A stretch of DNA of 64,000 bases, from the NCBI GenBank assembly GCA_964016885.1, contig OZ024751.1, forward strand, positions 35,092,001-35,156,000, in the 5' to 3' direction. The notes under the pieces were generated by a model. It saw nothing but the letters and a program-made list of their open reading frames with translations. It made no database searches and was not told where the DNA came from. Both the position numbers and the translations under genes were made by a program. The DNA is from Eledone cirrhosa. Taxonomy: Eukaryota. How positions within the stretch are numbered: position 1 is the stretch's first letter; each line of letters opens with the position of its first letter. Shown here piece by piece: positions 37,415 to 51,340 of the stretch.

Positions 37415-37690
37415 CATCAGAAAAAGCCCCCATCAGCCAGTTTATTCTACTTGTGGCTTGTTCTCCTGCTCAGGCAGTAAAACGATGTGCTTGATTAGCA
37501 TTTCGTCTGATTTGCTGTTGTTCCTTAATTTGTTGTTCTCGAGTAGCAGTAGTCCTTTGTTCCCTTTCATCCAAACTGTGTGCTCTTGGTAAAGCTGTTT
37601 GGGCTCTGTTAGCAGCTAGACGGGCATGCCAAACTTCTTCACTTTCTTCAGATCGCTGTATTTTCTTTCTCTTAGCCCTGAAGATGACCT
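37415..37690 (-). mobile_element. Probable Helitron RepHel N-terminal remnant
   Basis: RSEESEEVWHARLAANRAQTA..R...EREQR... followed by W...AF resembles the charged 'E..EQR..RL...R' repeats at Helitron N-termini. Confidence 0.45.
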
Positions 37691-37769
37691 TCCATATAAT
37701 GATCTGGAAGGTTACCGGTATGACAAAAGGCTCAATGCAAGTTTTCAAGTGTTTTACAGAACCGAGATA

Positions 37770-38139
37770 CAAAGTGTTAAAATGATCAAATTTTACTTTA
37801 GAACATTTATTTGCTGACAATTGTTTCTTCCAGAGGGAAGTCTGGAATCATCGGAGCATAAGGAATGTTGAAACATTGCTTATAACTTTTATGCCTGTGA
37901 TTTTTTTGCTTGTGCTTTTTACTTATACCTATTACACTTCCAACCAGTGCTGCCTGTAATTGTGTTCTTTCAAGCAGAACATCTTTTTAACTCCTGATTC
38001 TCCACATGATGCCTTTGACACTAATAACAATTATGTATCTTAAATGTTCTGAATGATAGGATTTTAGTAACATGTTTCTGGAAGAAACAATTGTCAGCAA
38101 ATAAATGTTCTAAACTAAAATTTGATCGTTTTAACACTT

Positions 38140-38141
<2 letters not shown>
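37770..38141. mobile_element. Tc1/mariner-type MITE, ~65-bp TIRs, TA flanks
   Basis: TA|CAAAGTGTTAAAATGATCAAA...TTCTTCCAGA (37770-37834) inverted at 38077-38141 ...TTAACACTTTG|TA. Confidence 0.8.
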
Positions 38142-38209
<68 letters not shown>

Positions 38210-38214
38210 TACTC

Positions 38215-39710
38215 TTTTTACCTGTTCCAGCCATCCGGCTGAGGCTATGCTGGGGCACCGCCCTTGTTGCTACACATTTAATCTCCAGCCTGTATTGGTT
38301 GACCACTGGTGCAACAGGGAGTTCATTGCTGCTGCCCTTAGGTTTCCCTCGTGCCTTGCTGTGGGCTCATCTAGGATCTTGTATAGCAAGGTGTCGACAT
38401 GTTTCTTGAAGACATCCACACCATGCAGATCTCTCAGATCCCTTGGCAGCTTGTTGAAGAGTTGAGGGTCCTTGAACCCCAGACTTTTGCAATATCTGCT
38501 CCTTATTCTAGATATGGAAGACGGGATCTTTGGCACCACACAATGACGTCCTGTTCGGCAGTTGGTCCAGCTGCCAATGCCAAAGTTTGGTGCTAGTCCC
38601 TCCAGGATTTTCCACATGTAGATCACTGCGTATCTCTCCCGTCTTCATTCCAAGGAGTAGAGGTTCAGTTCTTTTAGCCTCGCCCAGTAGCTTATCTCCT
38701 TCATAGTCACAATCTTCTTGGTGTAGCTTCGCTGGATTGCCTCAAGCTCCGTGGTTAGTTTGACACTATGGGGTGACCACAACTGGGAGCAATAGTCCAG
38801 GCGGCTTAGGACAAATGTCCTCCATAGTGTCAACATGGTGTCTCGGTCTCTTGTCCGGAAAGTCTTCAAGATCCAGCCAGCGAGTCGTCTGCACATTGTC
38901 GCCACTTTCATGATGTGAGAGGAAAAAGATGCATCATCGCTCATGTCTATACCCAAGTCTCATATCGATTTTTACCCAGGGATATCGGTCATATCGGTCC
39001 CTCCTGGTCCGGTGTAACTGTGTTGTACTGTATTTGTGTTTGCAGGAATTGCGTAGCACTTGGAATTTGCCAGCATTAAACTGCATGTTGTTGTCTTCTG
39101 CCCATTTGTATATGGCATACAGCCCTTGTTGTAAAAGGGCAGAGTCAGCCGGGTTTTTGATTTCCTGTGCTACCTTAGTGTCATCAGCATAGCTAGTGAG
39201 GGATGTTGTTGTATGTACTACAGAGGGTATGTCTGAGAGAGCCACCAAAAACAGTAGTGGTCCCAGGACTGTGCCTTGGGGAACCCCACTTGTTATTGAT
39301 AATTCCTTTGAGAGGGCCCCCGTTTGCTGCGACTGTCTGGCTTCTCTCCTTTAAGAAGTCGTGCAGCCACTCACCTACTTTTCTAGTTATGGTGAGTCCG
39401 TGTAGTTTGTGACATATCATTCCGTGGTCGACTTTGTCAAAGGCCTTCGCAAAGTCCAGATATATCATGTCCACATGTGAGCTGTCAAGCAGTTGTTTCA
39501 GTACCCAGTCTTAATGATGTAGCAGCTGTGTAAGGCAGCTTCTTCCTGGGTGAAAGCCATGCTGTGTGTTAGTCAGGCAGTCATTTTCCTCGAGGAAAGT
39601 GATCAGTTTCTTTCTGACGATTCGCTCCATGACCTTACTGATATGTGACGTCAGGGAGACTGGCCTATGTTGTTTGGCTTCCGCTCTGCTACCTCCTATA
39701 TGGATAGGGC
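38215..39710 (-). mobile_element. CR1-group LINE RT remnant
   Basis: QHGF.PGRSCLTQLL, DMIYLDFAKAFDKVDH, SYADDTKV, SRLDYCSQLWSP, RLKELNLYSLE, IYMWKILEG. Confidence 0.9.
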
Positions 39711-39711
39711 A

Positions 39712-40006
39712 CTTGTGAATGCAAGCTCACCTTTATCATTCTGGAAACACTTCTCTCCAATGACATCACAATTCTCTCTGACACACTGCCTCGTAATCTG
39801 GAACACCTCCTGTTTCTGTTCCTCGTGTTGCAAAACATGCTTGAATTTCCTATCCTCTACCTCCCTTCTAGCTAAGTATACTTGTCGCCTAGCTTCCCTC
39901 CTGGTCTCTATGTAATGTGCCCTGTTCTTCCATTCTTTCCATGCCTGTCGCTTAACCTTAACTGCCTCATCTACCATATTGTTCCACCACCAAGTCACTC
40001 TCCTCC
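39712..40006 (-). mobile_element. RTE fragment
   Basis: TWWWNNMVDEAVKVKRQAWKEWK...GEKCFQNDKGEL. Confidence 0.9.
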
Positions 40007-40954
40007 TCCCTGTATATATCTTTTTATCATTATCCTTTTCTCAAATATAGACAAATTACGACACACACACACAAATATTATGCATGGATATGTTACCTGG
40101 AAGCTGGAGAGTGAGAATAATATAGAGGATAAAAGTCTATCTTCAGCAACAAGTGCTATATTGTCTCCCATGTTGAAAGATTATTTTACAATATAAGAAC
40201 TTGAAACTAAGACTAACTGAGTCACAGAATAGATAGGGATGTACACAAAAGACCTAGATGTGAAAAGAAGTGGAAATTGTGCAGATTGAACATTGAAGAT
40301 GTGACCGATGTGAAGAAGCTGTGGAAAGATGTGGCGAAAAGTGTGAAGAATGCAATCCCTAGAAAGGTCATCCCCGAGAGTAAACATTGGGAGTTACAGC
40401 AAACGTTTTAAGACATAGAAAGAGTAGTTGTGGATTGTTCCGGTGAAAAGCAATGAATCGGAAGCATAACAGACGACGCCCAGCAGTTGGAGTTCGCTGC
40501 CAAGCAGATACCAATATAATATTATATATTAGGGAATCAGATAGTTTGTCTTTATTTCCTGTTGTTTTATTGCAAAAGCGTATCCTTGAAAGTGAGAGAC
40601 AATATAGCGTTTGTTGGTGAAGATAATATAATTTGTTTATCTATATTACTCTCTATGCAGAAATAAGGAAACATTTGCACATGGTCGACCCTGACTATAC
40701 GTTCATATTAGTTGTGAAGCTTTGCTTTAGAGAAATAGAAAGAAGACGACTATATTTGTAATTCGAAGTATAATCGATGTAAGTATGATAAAAAATATTT
40801 GAAACATTGGAGATGATGTGCATCTAAATACTAAGCATATACAGATGCACACATAAGTGAAAAGGAACACAAGCACACACAAATAGATGGATAGCTGCAC
40901 ACACATGCATACATATCTACCTAGTTGATGTTTAAATTTCAACAAGTCTTATCT

Positions 40955-42545
40955 TCATCACTTTACGTCCGCTTTTCCTTGCTTGCAAGGGTGGGACGAA
41001 CCTATTGAGCACAGTATCTCTCCACTTGTCACGGTCCTTCGTCATCTCCTCATTGAGCTTTAGAGATTTGAGGTCTGCTCACACCAGCTCCGCCCGTATT
41101 TTTCGTGGTCTTCCTCTACTGCGTTGTCCTTCTACTGGGATTTCTTGGCACTTCTTTACCTAGGTGTCATCCTCCATGCGCATCACATGTCTATACCAAC
41201 ATAGTCTTCTCTCCTGCACACTACAACTTATCCCAGTTAAACAGTTTCTCCCTGAAGTCCTCCATGCCTAGTCGTTCATTTCTCTCCAGCCATCGCATAT
41301 CCTCTGCAGTTGCTGCCCAAGTCTCACTATCATGCAGCATCGCGCATCTCACACAGTCATCATATAACCATCCTTTCGTACGCAGGGAGAAATCCTTCTT
41401 TGTCAACAGAGGAAGCAGCTCCCTAAATTTCTTCCGACCTGTCCTTATTCTAGATATTATGGTCTCGGAACACCCCTCCCATTCTAATCAGATCACCTAG
41501 GTAGCGGAAGCTATCACCCACTTCTTTAGAACCCACCTTCATGTGGTAAATGTGTCTATCACTGCGTCTTCTACTGTCAAGTTCTGTACAACTACTGCAT
41601 ACGTATTTCTCTCTACTTGTTAGTTTGCCTGCTATCCCACTACATCTCTTGTGTACCCAGGATCTGCATTGTGTACATTTTATAGAATTTATCCCAACTC
41701 CTTTTCTACATATTGAACATGACCATTTCCCTGATGGAATCAGAGTTTTGTCCTCTTCTCTACTTATCAATACTTTTGTCTTAGCTAGGTTCACTCTCAG
41801 TCCTCTTGATTCCAACTGATTTTTCCATAGACAGAATTTCTTCTCTAGTTCCTCTACTGAATCTGCTATAAGTACCAGATCGTCAGCCTAGAGAAGTTCC
41901 CATGGGCAGTCAGTCTTAAACTCGTGTTATGGCTTGGAGAATTATAATGAATAAGATCGGGCTGAGGACAGAGCCCTGATGCACTCCTACTTGTATCTGG
42001 AATTCCTCATTAAACTCCATTACTTCTCTCACTTTACTGACAGAACCTCTGTACTTAGCTTGCACTGTCCTCACAAGCCATTCCTCTACACCTATTTTCC
42101 TTAGAGACCACCAGATGACAGATCGTGGTACACTATCAAAGACCTCCTCTAAGTCATCAAAAGCTAAGTATAGTGGCTTATTCTTCTCTAAGAACCTCTC
42201 TTGTAGTTGTATCACTAAGAAGAGGGCATCTGTTGTACTTTTCCCAGGCATAAAACCAAACTGCATCTCATTTAGTTTGGCCCTTTCTCTAATTAGTTGC
42301 AATAGTATTCTTTCTGTCACTTTCATAACCGGATCCATCAGTTTGATGCCCCTATAATTGCTCATTTCCAGAGCATCCCTTTCTACCTTTGTCGCAATTT
42401 ATAAGAATACTGCTGCACCAGTCTTTGGGTATGACTCAGCCATATATATAACTTGATTGACGATGCGTGCAACCAGTTTAGTAGCTACTTTTGATGCCCT
42501 AACCCTATATTCGTCTTTGTGAATAGCTGGTCCCTCTATCGGATA
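40955..42545 (-). mobile_element. Decayed RTE LINE 3' half
   Basis: ORFs 41916-42365, 41450-41815, 41221-41406; tail AAAAGCGGACGTAAAGTGATG. Confidence 0.92.
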
Positions 42546-43731
42546 ATAATTTGTGAAAAAATGAAAGAAGAAAACACACACATACACTCTCTCACTCACA
42601 TGAACAGACATTGAGCACTAAATATCTATTTGTTTTTAATATATAATTTCAATAATAATTAATTGCTAAGATGGATTACATTGCCACCGGTTATATTTTA
42701 TATATTTCCTAAAACTCGTTTGTTTAAAAAGCTTAATTTTTTTTTCTTTTTACTCTGACATTTTGACTTGTAGCTCTGATAAGTTGAGCTAGATTGCCAG
42801 CGTTGAAATAGTTGCGCTTTAGTTTTGATGTGGGGGTATAGTATATTGTCATGTATGTATATACTTATGTGTACATATATCTATATATGTATGTATGTAT
42901 ACACGTATATGTATATCTATATGTATATCTACATATATATATATATGTTATTGTGTATAGTGTTTGTGTGTTTACATAAGACTACAAATCTGTTTATGCA
43001 GCATTCCAATTAGCAAAGGGAGATTACTCTACAATATTTTAATAAAATTATTGGAGTTGTTTCCCTTTTATCCGGAAATGTTGTCGTTTGATAAAACTGT
43101 GATTGAATTTATGCCTTGTTAAGGCTGGTTCGGTCTCAGTCAGTGCTAATTGTATGCTGTTAAAAGAAAGATATTTCATGTGACATAATTACTGCAACAG
43201 GTTAGGTATTTTCAAGGTTTGGGGTTGTATTTTATTGTTTAAATATGATTGTCACTTAGATAAGACAGGATTCATCAATTTGTAGAAGAATTGATAGGGT
43301 TAAGTTTTAATTTTTGGGTGGGTGTGTATATATGAAACTGAATAGCTATTTATATACATGATCTGTTGATTCTCTATCCTTCTTTCTCATAAATATAGAC
43401 ATAGAAATTACGATATACAAGTACACACATACATGCATACACTCACACACACACATATATTTCACATTGTTCTGATCAAAATATTTAATTTCTTCACAGA
43501 ATAATAAATCATGTTTTAGTTTTTGCTGGTGTTGTTTGGATTGGCGGTGTTGTTGTGAGTGGTGGCGGTGTTTGTGTTGTTGTTGTTACACATACACACA
43601 CATACCCACACTGACTGGCAAAACTTCTTTCATCTCAATGAAATTTCCGCCCAAACAACTACTACCACCTCCATCCCCACCACCAGGTTCACAATTATAC
43701 ACACACACACAGATTCATACATACACACATG

Positions 43732-44158
43732 TGTGAGATGGTAGTGAGACATGGGCAGCAACTGCAGAAGATATGCGACGGCTAGAGAGAAATGAAGCAA
43801 GCATGCTCCATTGGATGTGCAATGCCAAAGTGCGTGAACGACCAAGCATAGACGAGTTGAGAAAGAAACTGGGTATAAGAGGGATAAGTTGTGGTGTGCA
43901 GGAGAGAAGGCTGAGATGGTATGGACATGTGATGCGAATGTAGGATGACCGCCGGCTAAAGAAGTGCCAAGAAATCCCAGTAGAAGGAAGATGCAGTAGA
44001 GGTAGACCACGAAAAACATGGGCGGAGGTGGTGAGAGCAGACCTCAAATCTCACCGAGGAGATGACGAAGGACCGTGACAAGTGGAGAGATGCTGTGCTG
44101 AATAGGACCCGTCCAACCCTTGCAAGCAGGGAAAAGCGGACGTAAAATGATGATGATA
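43732..44158 (+). mobile_element. RTE 3' end fragment
   Basis: GSETWAATAEDMRRLERNE..., GRPRKTW, tail AAAAGCGGACGTAAAATGATGATG. Confidence 0.9.
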
Positions 44159-44219
44159 TTAGTGGGTGTGTGTTCATAATCACTCACGGGAAGTCAAATG
44201 GCTGCAGGTCAGTCAGATT

Positions 44220-44385
44220 TATATTTAATTTATTTCTTAAAAAATAAAATTTGTTTAATTTATTTCTTAAAAAAAAGTTCAATTTAATTTTTTTCTTAAA
44301 AAATAAAAAGTTTAATTTCATTTATTTCTTAAAAAAAAAATTAAATATAATTAATTTCTTAAAAAAAAAGCTTTGTTAAATTTAT
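44220..44385. repeat. AT-rich ~30-bp tandem repeat (TTAATTTATTTCTTAAAAAA...)
   Basis: About five units read directly. Confidence 0.8.
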
Positions 44386-44544
44386 TTTTACGTTTTGTAT
44401 TGGGGAAAAATTTTCCATTTAATTAATTTCATCATTTTGTTGTATATACACACATGCATATATACAATTGTTATATATATATATATGAAATGTCATATAA
44501 GGTGGGAGTTATTAGAATACTTTGCAGTATTCCTTTTTGTTCTA

Positions 44545-44700
44545 TGCTCTCTGAGTTGAAATCCCGCCGAGGTCAATTTTGCCTTTCATCCCTTGGAAGT
44601 TGATAAAAAAAGTACCAGTGAAATACTGATGTGAATTCTTCCTCTCTTTATTTTTCTCACTTTATCTTTTTATGAATAAAAGTACCAGTCAAATACTGGG
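44545..44700 (+). mobile_element. SINE-like dispersed repeat fragment; related pieces on minus at ~52775-52830 and ~55620-55700
   Basis: GAGTTGAAATCCCGCCGAGGTCAATTTTGCCTTTCATCCC...GATAAAAAAAGTACCAG. Confidence 0.6.
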
Positions 44701-45084
44701 TTCCTCTCTTCTCTGTGTTTCCTCTCTTCCCTGTCTATCTTTCTGGAAGAATTTGCTATTTTTAGAACTGGAGGGGGTGGGATTTGTTAGGGATTAAGGT
44801 TAGAAAATGAAAGATATATATGTATAATATGTGTGTTGATGAAATTATGTTGGTGTTGGTGGTGGTAAAAATTGTTTTGCAAGATTTATCTGGAAAAATC
44901 TGTTGAATTATATTGTTTTGTTTTCACTTTGATTTATTATATAATTATGGTTGGTTGGTTGTCTCTCTCGTGGTTACTGGTATTGTCTCTCTGTTCTCTC
45001 GTTTGACAAACGACTTTATAAAAGCTGACTCAATATTGTTCAATGTTTTACTGCTACTTTAAGAGACGGGTGGGCAAAGGGGGA

Positions 45085-46700
45085 CAATAATATCTGCTTA
45101 CACACCCCAATGTGGACTGCCTGGCGTTATTAAAGACAGATTCTATGAGTCGCTAATGCTCACTACCTCCCAACTAACCGACAGTGACAACATAATTGTT
45201 GCCGACCTAAATGGTCATGTTGGACAACATTGTGATAGCTATGATGGAATCCATGGTGGCTACAGGTTTGGTACCAGAAATGAGGAAGGCTTTAGAATCC
45301 TGGAATTCTGTAACTCTAATAACCTAACTATCTGTAACACAAACTTTAAAAACCAGACAATCACTTGATCACCTATAGATCAGGGGAACATGGCAGTCAG
45401 ATAGATTATATCCTTACCAGAAGATGTGAAAAAGTGTCTGTTGTAAACACTATTTCCCTCCCCCGTGAAGAATGCACCTCCCAACATAGCTCATAGTTAG
45501 TGACCTCATAGTCAGGACGAGACGTATTCGACAACAGAGGAGGACTACCCTGAGAAGAAGAATATGAAAGTTAAAGGACCCCACAGCCAGTAACAAATTT
45601 AAAAGCAAATTACTTGATGCTTTTGACAGTAAAGAAGAGCAATTAGAGACATACAGTATAGAGGAACAGTGGGAATTCCTGAAAGTTAACTTGCTGAAGG
45701 CAACAGATGAAATCTGTAGCTGGAGCAGACCTATAGGCAGGAGGAGTCAATCAAGGCCAAAAAGAGAGCTTGGAAAGCATGGCGGGATGGGGGGAAGCAG
45801 AGAAGCCTATCAAGTGGCCAGGAGGGAAGCTAGGAGACAAGTGTACTTTGCAAGAAGGGAAGCAGAAGAAATAAAGTTCAAGCATGTTCTACAACGTGAG
45901 GACCAAAAACGTGAGGTGTTCAGGATTGCTAGGCAATGTGTCAAGGAAAACCGTGATATTGTCGGGGAGAAGTGTGCCCGTAATGATGATGGTATACTTG
46001 TCATCACTGATACAGATAAAAAGGTAGCTTGGAAGTGTCACTATGAGAGGCTACTAAATGAGGAGAATAAGTGGGAAAAAGATAGTCTGCCCCAAAACAA
46101 TCCAATAGAGGAACCAGCAGTGCAAGTTGAAGGTTGTATAATAAGTAAGGCAATCAAAGATATGGAGACAGGCAAAGCAGCTGGGCCTTCAGAGATAGTT
46201 GCTGAAATGTTGAAAGCATCTGGATCGGTGGGACATTCTATGGTCACCCGGATAGTAAACCATGTCATACAGAATGGGGTTATACCAAATGACTGGCATA
46301 ATGGCATCATCATCATTAACTGCTACAAGGGTAAAGGAGATGCCCTATATAGGGGAAACTATAGAGGCATTAAATTAATTGACCAGGTCATGAAGGTCAC
46401 AGAAAGAGTTATAGCGCAATTAATAAGAGAGCGAATTGATCTAGACGAAATGCCGTTTGGGTTTGTGTCAAGTAAAAGTACCACAGACGCTCTTTTCCTT
46501 GTACGACAACTACAGGAGAAGTACCTAGCTAAAAGTAAACCCCGATACTTAGCTTTTGTTGACTTGGAGAAAGCCTTTGACAGAGTCCCCCGCTCCATTA
46601 TCTGGTGGACTCTTAGAAAACTAGGTGTTGATGAATTGCTTGTCAGAGCTATACAAACCATGTATGAAGAAAAAGTCAGCAAGGTTAGAATTAACAACGA
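45085..46700 (+). mobile_element. Decayed RTE internal fragment (endonuclease end + RT start)
   Basis: ORFs 45156-45368 and 45691-46764. Confidence 0.93.
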
Positions 46701-47029
46701 ATCATCATTTTACATCCGCTTTTCCCTGTTTGCAAGGGTGGGACGTGAACTGATTCTGGCTTGATTTCTACAGCCGGATGCCCTTCCTAACACCAACCTC
46801 ATTTACAGTGAGTGCTGGGTGCTTTATATCCGTGGCGCCTACACGTCCACTTTACAGTGGAATGATAGGGACCCCTGTCCTATCATCTCATTTTTACAGC
46901 TGAGTAAACAGGAGCAATGTGAAATAAAGTGTCTTGCTCAAGGAAACAACACATCACCCGGTGTGAGAATTGAAATCACAATCTTTTGATTGCCAGGCCA
47001 ATGCTCTAACCACTAAGCCATGTGCCTCC
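46701..47029 (-). mobile_element. tRNA/CORE SINE
   Basis: Same family as 5672-6026. Confidence 0.87.
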
Positions 47030-47164
47030 ATATACATATAAATACATATACATACATATACATACATACATACATACACATACATACACACATACATATA
47101 TATATACATAATATACATATACATACATACATACACATAAGCATATACACATTCATATACACAT

Positions 47165-47420
47165 ATACACAAGCATATATACATATACACAAGTATATAT
47201 ACATATACACAAGTATATATACATATACACAAGTATATATACATATACACGAGTATATATACATATACACGAGTATATATACATATACACGAGTATATAT
47301 ACATATACACGAGTATATATACATATACACGAGTATATATACATATACACAAGTATATATACATATACACAAGTATATATACATATACACAAGTATATAT
47401 ACATATACACAAGTATATAT
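47165..47420. repeat. 20-bp minisatellite (ACATATACAC(A/G)AGTATATAT)n inside the (CATA)n tract
   Basis: About 12 units read directly. Confidence 0.93.
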
Positions 47421-47825
47421 ACATATACATACATACATATATACATATACATACATACATATATACATATACATACATACATATATACATATACATACAT
47501 ATACATACATATATACACATACATACATATATACATATACATACATATATACATATACATACACACATATACATACATATACACATACACATATACATAC
47601 ATATACACATATACACATACACATACATATACACACATATACACATACATACATATACATACATACATATACATATACATACACATATATACATATACAC
47701 ATATATACATATACACATATATACATATACACATACACACATATATACATACACACATATATACATATACACATATATATACATACATACACACACATAT
47801 GCATACATATATATATATACATACA

Positions 47826-50800
47826 TAAAAACAAATTCACCTCATGGACGAGAATGCAAGGGCTCCTCCTCTTTGTTTCGGTCGTGGATGGCTAACATAA
47901 CCCATCTCCCCCATTTCCCCCCGCTCCCACCCTCCAAACGCAATCCAAAACTTCAGAGTTGGTACCATGAATGTAGGCACCTTAAAGGGTCGCTCTAATG
48001 AGGTTGTAGAAATGCTTGAACGTAAGGAGGTCGATGTTTGTTGTATTCAAGAGACCAGGTGGAGGGGTGGGTCTGCTAGATTCATCGTGGGTAAAGAACG
48101 ATGCTATAAGCTTTTCTTGGTGGGAAATGACGATGGGCTGGGTGGAGTAGGAATCATGGTAGCAGAAAAGTGGGCAGATAAGATAATAGACGTAAATAGA
48201 GTGAACGACAGAATAATTAAAATAAGACTTGTCCTCAATAGAACTACGGTGACAGTAATATCTGCGTACGCACCCCAATCCGGACTGCCCGGCACTATAA
48301 AAGACAGATTCTATGAGACACTGATGCTCACTACCTCCCAAATAACCAACAGTGACTATATAATTATTGCTGGCAACCTAAATGGTCACGTTGGACAACA
48401 TTGTGACGGCTATGACGGAATCCATGGAGGCTATGGGTTTGGTACTAGAAATGAGGAAGGCTCCAGAATCCTGGAATTCTGTGACGCAAATAACCTAACT
48501 ATCTGTAACACTAACTTCAAAAAACGAGACAATCACTTGATCACCTATAGATAGGGGGACACACAAGCCAGGTAGATTATATCCTTACCAGGAGACGTGA
48601 CAGAGTGTCTGTTGTAAACACTAAATCCCTCCCCCATGAAGAATGCACGTCTCAACATAGACTCATAATTAGCGACCTCATAGTCAGGACGAGACGTATT
48701 CGACAACAGAAGAGGACTATCCTCAGGAGAAAAATATGGAAATTAAAGGACCCCACAGCCAGTAATAAATTTAAAAGCATATTACTTGATGCTTTTGATA
48801 GTAAGGAAGAGCAATTAGAGTTGTACAATATAGAGGAAGAGTGGGAATTCCTGAAAGCTAACCTGTTGAAGGCGACAGATGAAACCTGTGGCTGGAGCAG
48901 GCCTCTAGACAGGAGGAGAGTAACTTGGTGGTGGAGAGGTCAATCAAGGCTGGAAAGCATGGCGGGATGGGGGAAGTAGAGAAGACTATCAAGTGGCCAG
49001 GAGGGAAGCTAGGAGACAAGTGTACTTCGCAAGAAGGGAAGCAGAGGAAAGAAAGTTCAAGCATGTTCTACAACGCGAGGACCAAAAACGTGAGGTGTTC
49101 AGGATTGCTAGGCAATGTGTCAAGGAACACAGTGATATTGTCGGGGAGAAGTGTGTCCTAAATGATGATGGTGTACTTGCCATCACTGACGCTGATAAGA
49201 AGGTAGCTTGGAAGTGTCACTACGAAAGGCTACTAAATGAGGAGAATAATTGGGAGAAAGACAGTCTCCCCCACATCGACCCAATAGAGGGACCAGCAGT
49301 GAAATTTGAAGGTAGTATAATAAGTAAGGCGATCAAAGACATGAAGACGGGCAAGGCGTCCGGGCCTTCGGAAATAGTTGCCGAAATGCTGAAAGCATCT
49401 GGAACGGTGGGACACAGTATGGTCACCCGGATAGTAAACCAAGTCATACAGAATGGGGTCGTTCCGAAGGACTGGCGCAGCAGCATCATCATTAACTGCT
49501 ACAAGGGTAAAGGTGATGCCCTAGATAGGGGGAAACTATAGAGGCATTAAATTAATTGACCAGGTCATGAAGGTCACAGAAAAAGTAATAGCGCAACTAA
49601 TCAGAGAGCGAATTGATCTAGACGAAATGCAGTTCGGGTTTGTGTCAGGTAAAAGTACAACAGACGCTCTTTTCATTGTACAACATCTACAGGAGAAGTA
49701 CCTAGCTAAAAGTAAACCCCTATACTTAGCTTTTGTTGACTTGGAGAAAGCCTTTGACAGAGTACCCCGCTTGATTATCTGGTGAGCCCTTAGAAAACTA
49801 GGTGTTGATGAATGGCTTGTGAGAGCTATACAAGCCATGTATAAAGAAACAGTCAGCAAGGTTAGAATTAACAACGAATATAGTGAAGAGTTTAGCGTAA
49901 AAGTTGGTGTTCATCAGGGCTCCGTCCTTAGCCCCCTACTATTTATTATTGCTCTTCAGGCTATAACAGAGGAGTTCAAGACCGGCTGCCCATGGGAACT
50001 CCTATATGCAGATGATCTAACGCTCATAGCTGAATCAATGGCTGAACTAGAAAATAAATTCCAAACATGGAAGCATGGCCTAGAATCAAAAGGCCTTAAA
50101 GTTAACTTGTCTAAGACTAAAGTTTGTAGGAAGGAAAATAGGGCACCGGTCCCATCTGGGAAATGGCCATGCTCAGTGTGTAGGAAAGGCGTAGGTAGAA
50201 ACTCCATTTTATGTCCCAAATGCAAAGTATGGCTACATAAAAGATGTAGTTGGATCACAGGAAAGCTAACTAAGAATATAGATTTTATATGTGGCCGGTG
50301 CTCTGGTGCAATAAGTAGCACACAAGTGCCCACAGAATACTAACTCATTCCATTGCACAGATGGTTCTATAGAAATAGTGGACAGCTTCCGTTACCTGGG
50401 TGATAAAATCAGCAGTGGGGGAGGGTGCTCTGAAAGTACAGTAGCTAGAGTCAGAACGGGATGGAAAAAGTTAAGAGAGCTTATACTACTATTGGCCGTT
50501 AAAGGGTTCTCTCTAAAAATGAAAGGCAGGCTGTATGATGCCTGCATACGAACAGCAATGTTACATGGCAGTGAGACCTAGGCATTGTGTGCAGAGGATA
50601 TACGCAGGCTGGAGAGAAACGAAGCTTGCATGCTCCGCTGGATGTGTAATAGTAATATACGTGAACGGCAAAGCATAAACGAAATAAGGGAGAAATTAGA
50701 AATAAGAGGGATCAGATGTTTACTCGAGAGAAGACTATGTTGGTATGGTCACGTGATGCGCATGAAAGACGACAGCTGTATAAAAATGTGCAGGGCAATA

Positions 50801-51340
50801 AAAATAAACGGTAGCCACGGAGTAGGCAGACCCAGAAAAACCTGGGACGACTTGATAAATTCCGACCTCACACACTTACACCTCTCCAAGACAATGTCAC
50901 TGGATCGAGTTCTTTGGCGCTACACAGTAATAGAGAAGACCCGCCTTACCTAAGTACAAAGTGAAACCTACTACAGTCAGTAGGCACCTCTAACAAAATA
51001 CACCCCCGTCCCATTACCCCCACTCCATCCACACCACCCCTTTCAATGTAAAGTTATGTTGGTACCACAACATCCAGCCCGAAACAAATGAGGTCGTGTA
51101 GGTGTCACGACAAAAGCACACACAGTCCACGCTGTAATGTGGGCGTGTAGGTAACACGGTAAAAACCTCCCAGTTCCACACTGTAAATGTGGTTGGTGTT
51201 AGGAAGGGCATCCAACCGTAGAAAACCCGCCAGACAGTCCTATGCGAGCAAGACAACCACTCTTGCCTCAAGTGGGAAAATTCCCGTCCAAACCCATGCG
51301 AGCGTGGAATATGGACGTTAAACGAAGATCATGATGATGA
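47826..51340 (+). mobile_element. Near full-length RTE LINE, inactivated by stops and frameshifts
   Basis: APE (NVGTL, IQETRW, SAYAPQ, GNLNGHVG), RT (QGSVLSP, YADD), PHD-like finger, C-terminus, 3' UTR and (GAT)n tail. Confidence 0.96.

Noticed and set aside
40180-40520. Purine-rich possibly coding or LTR-like stretch
   Set aside because: No recognisable motif or partner repeat in the window
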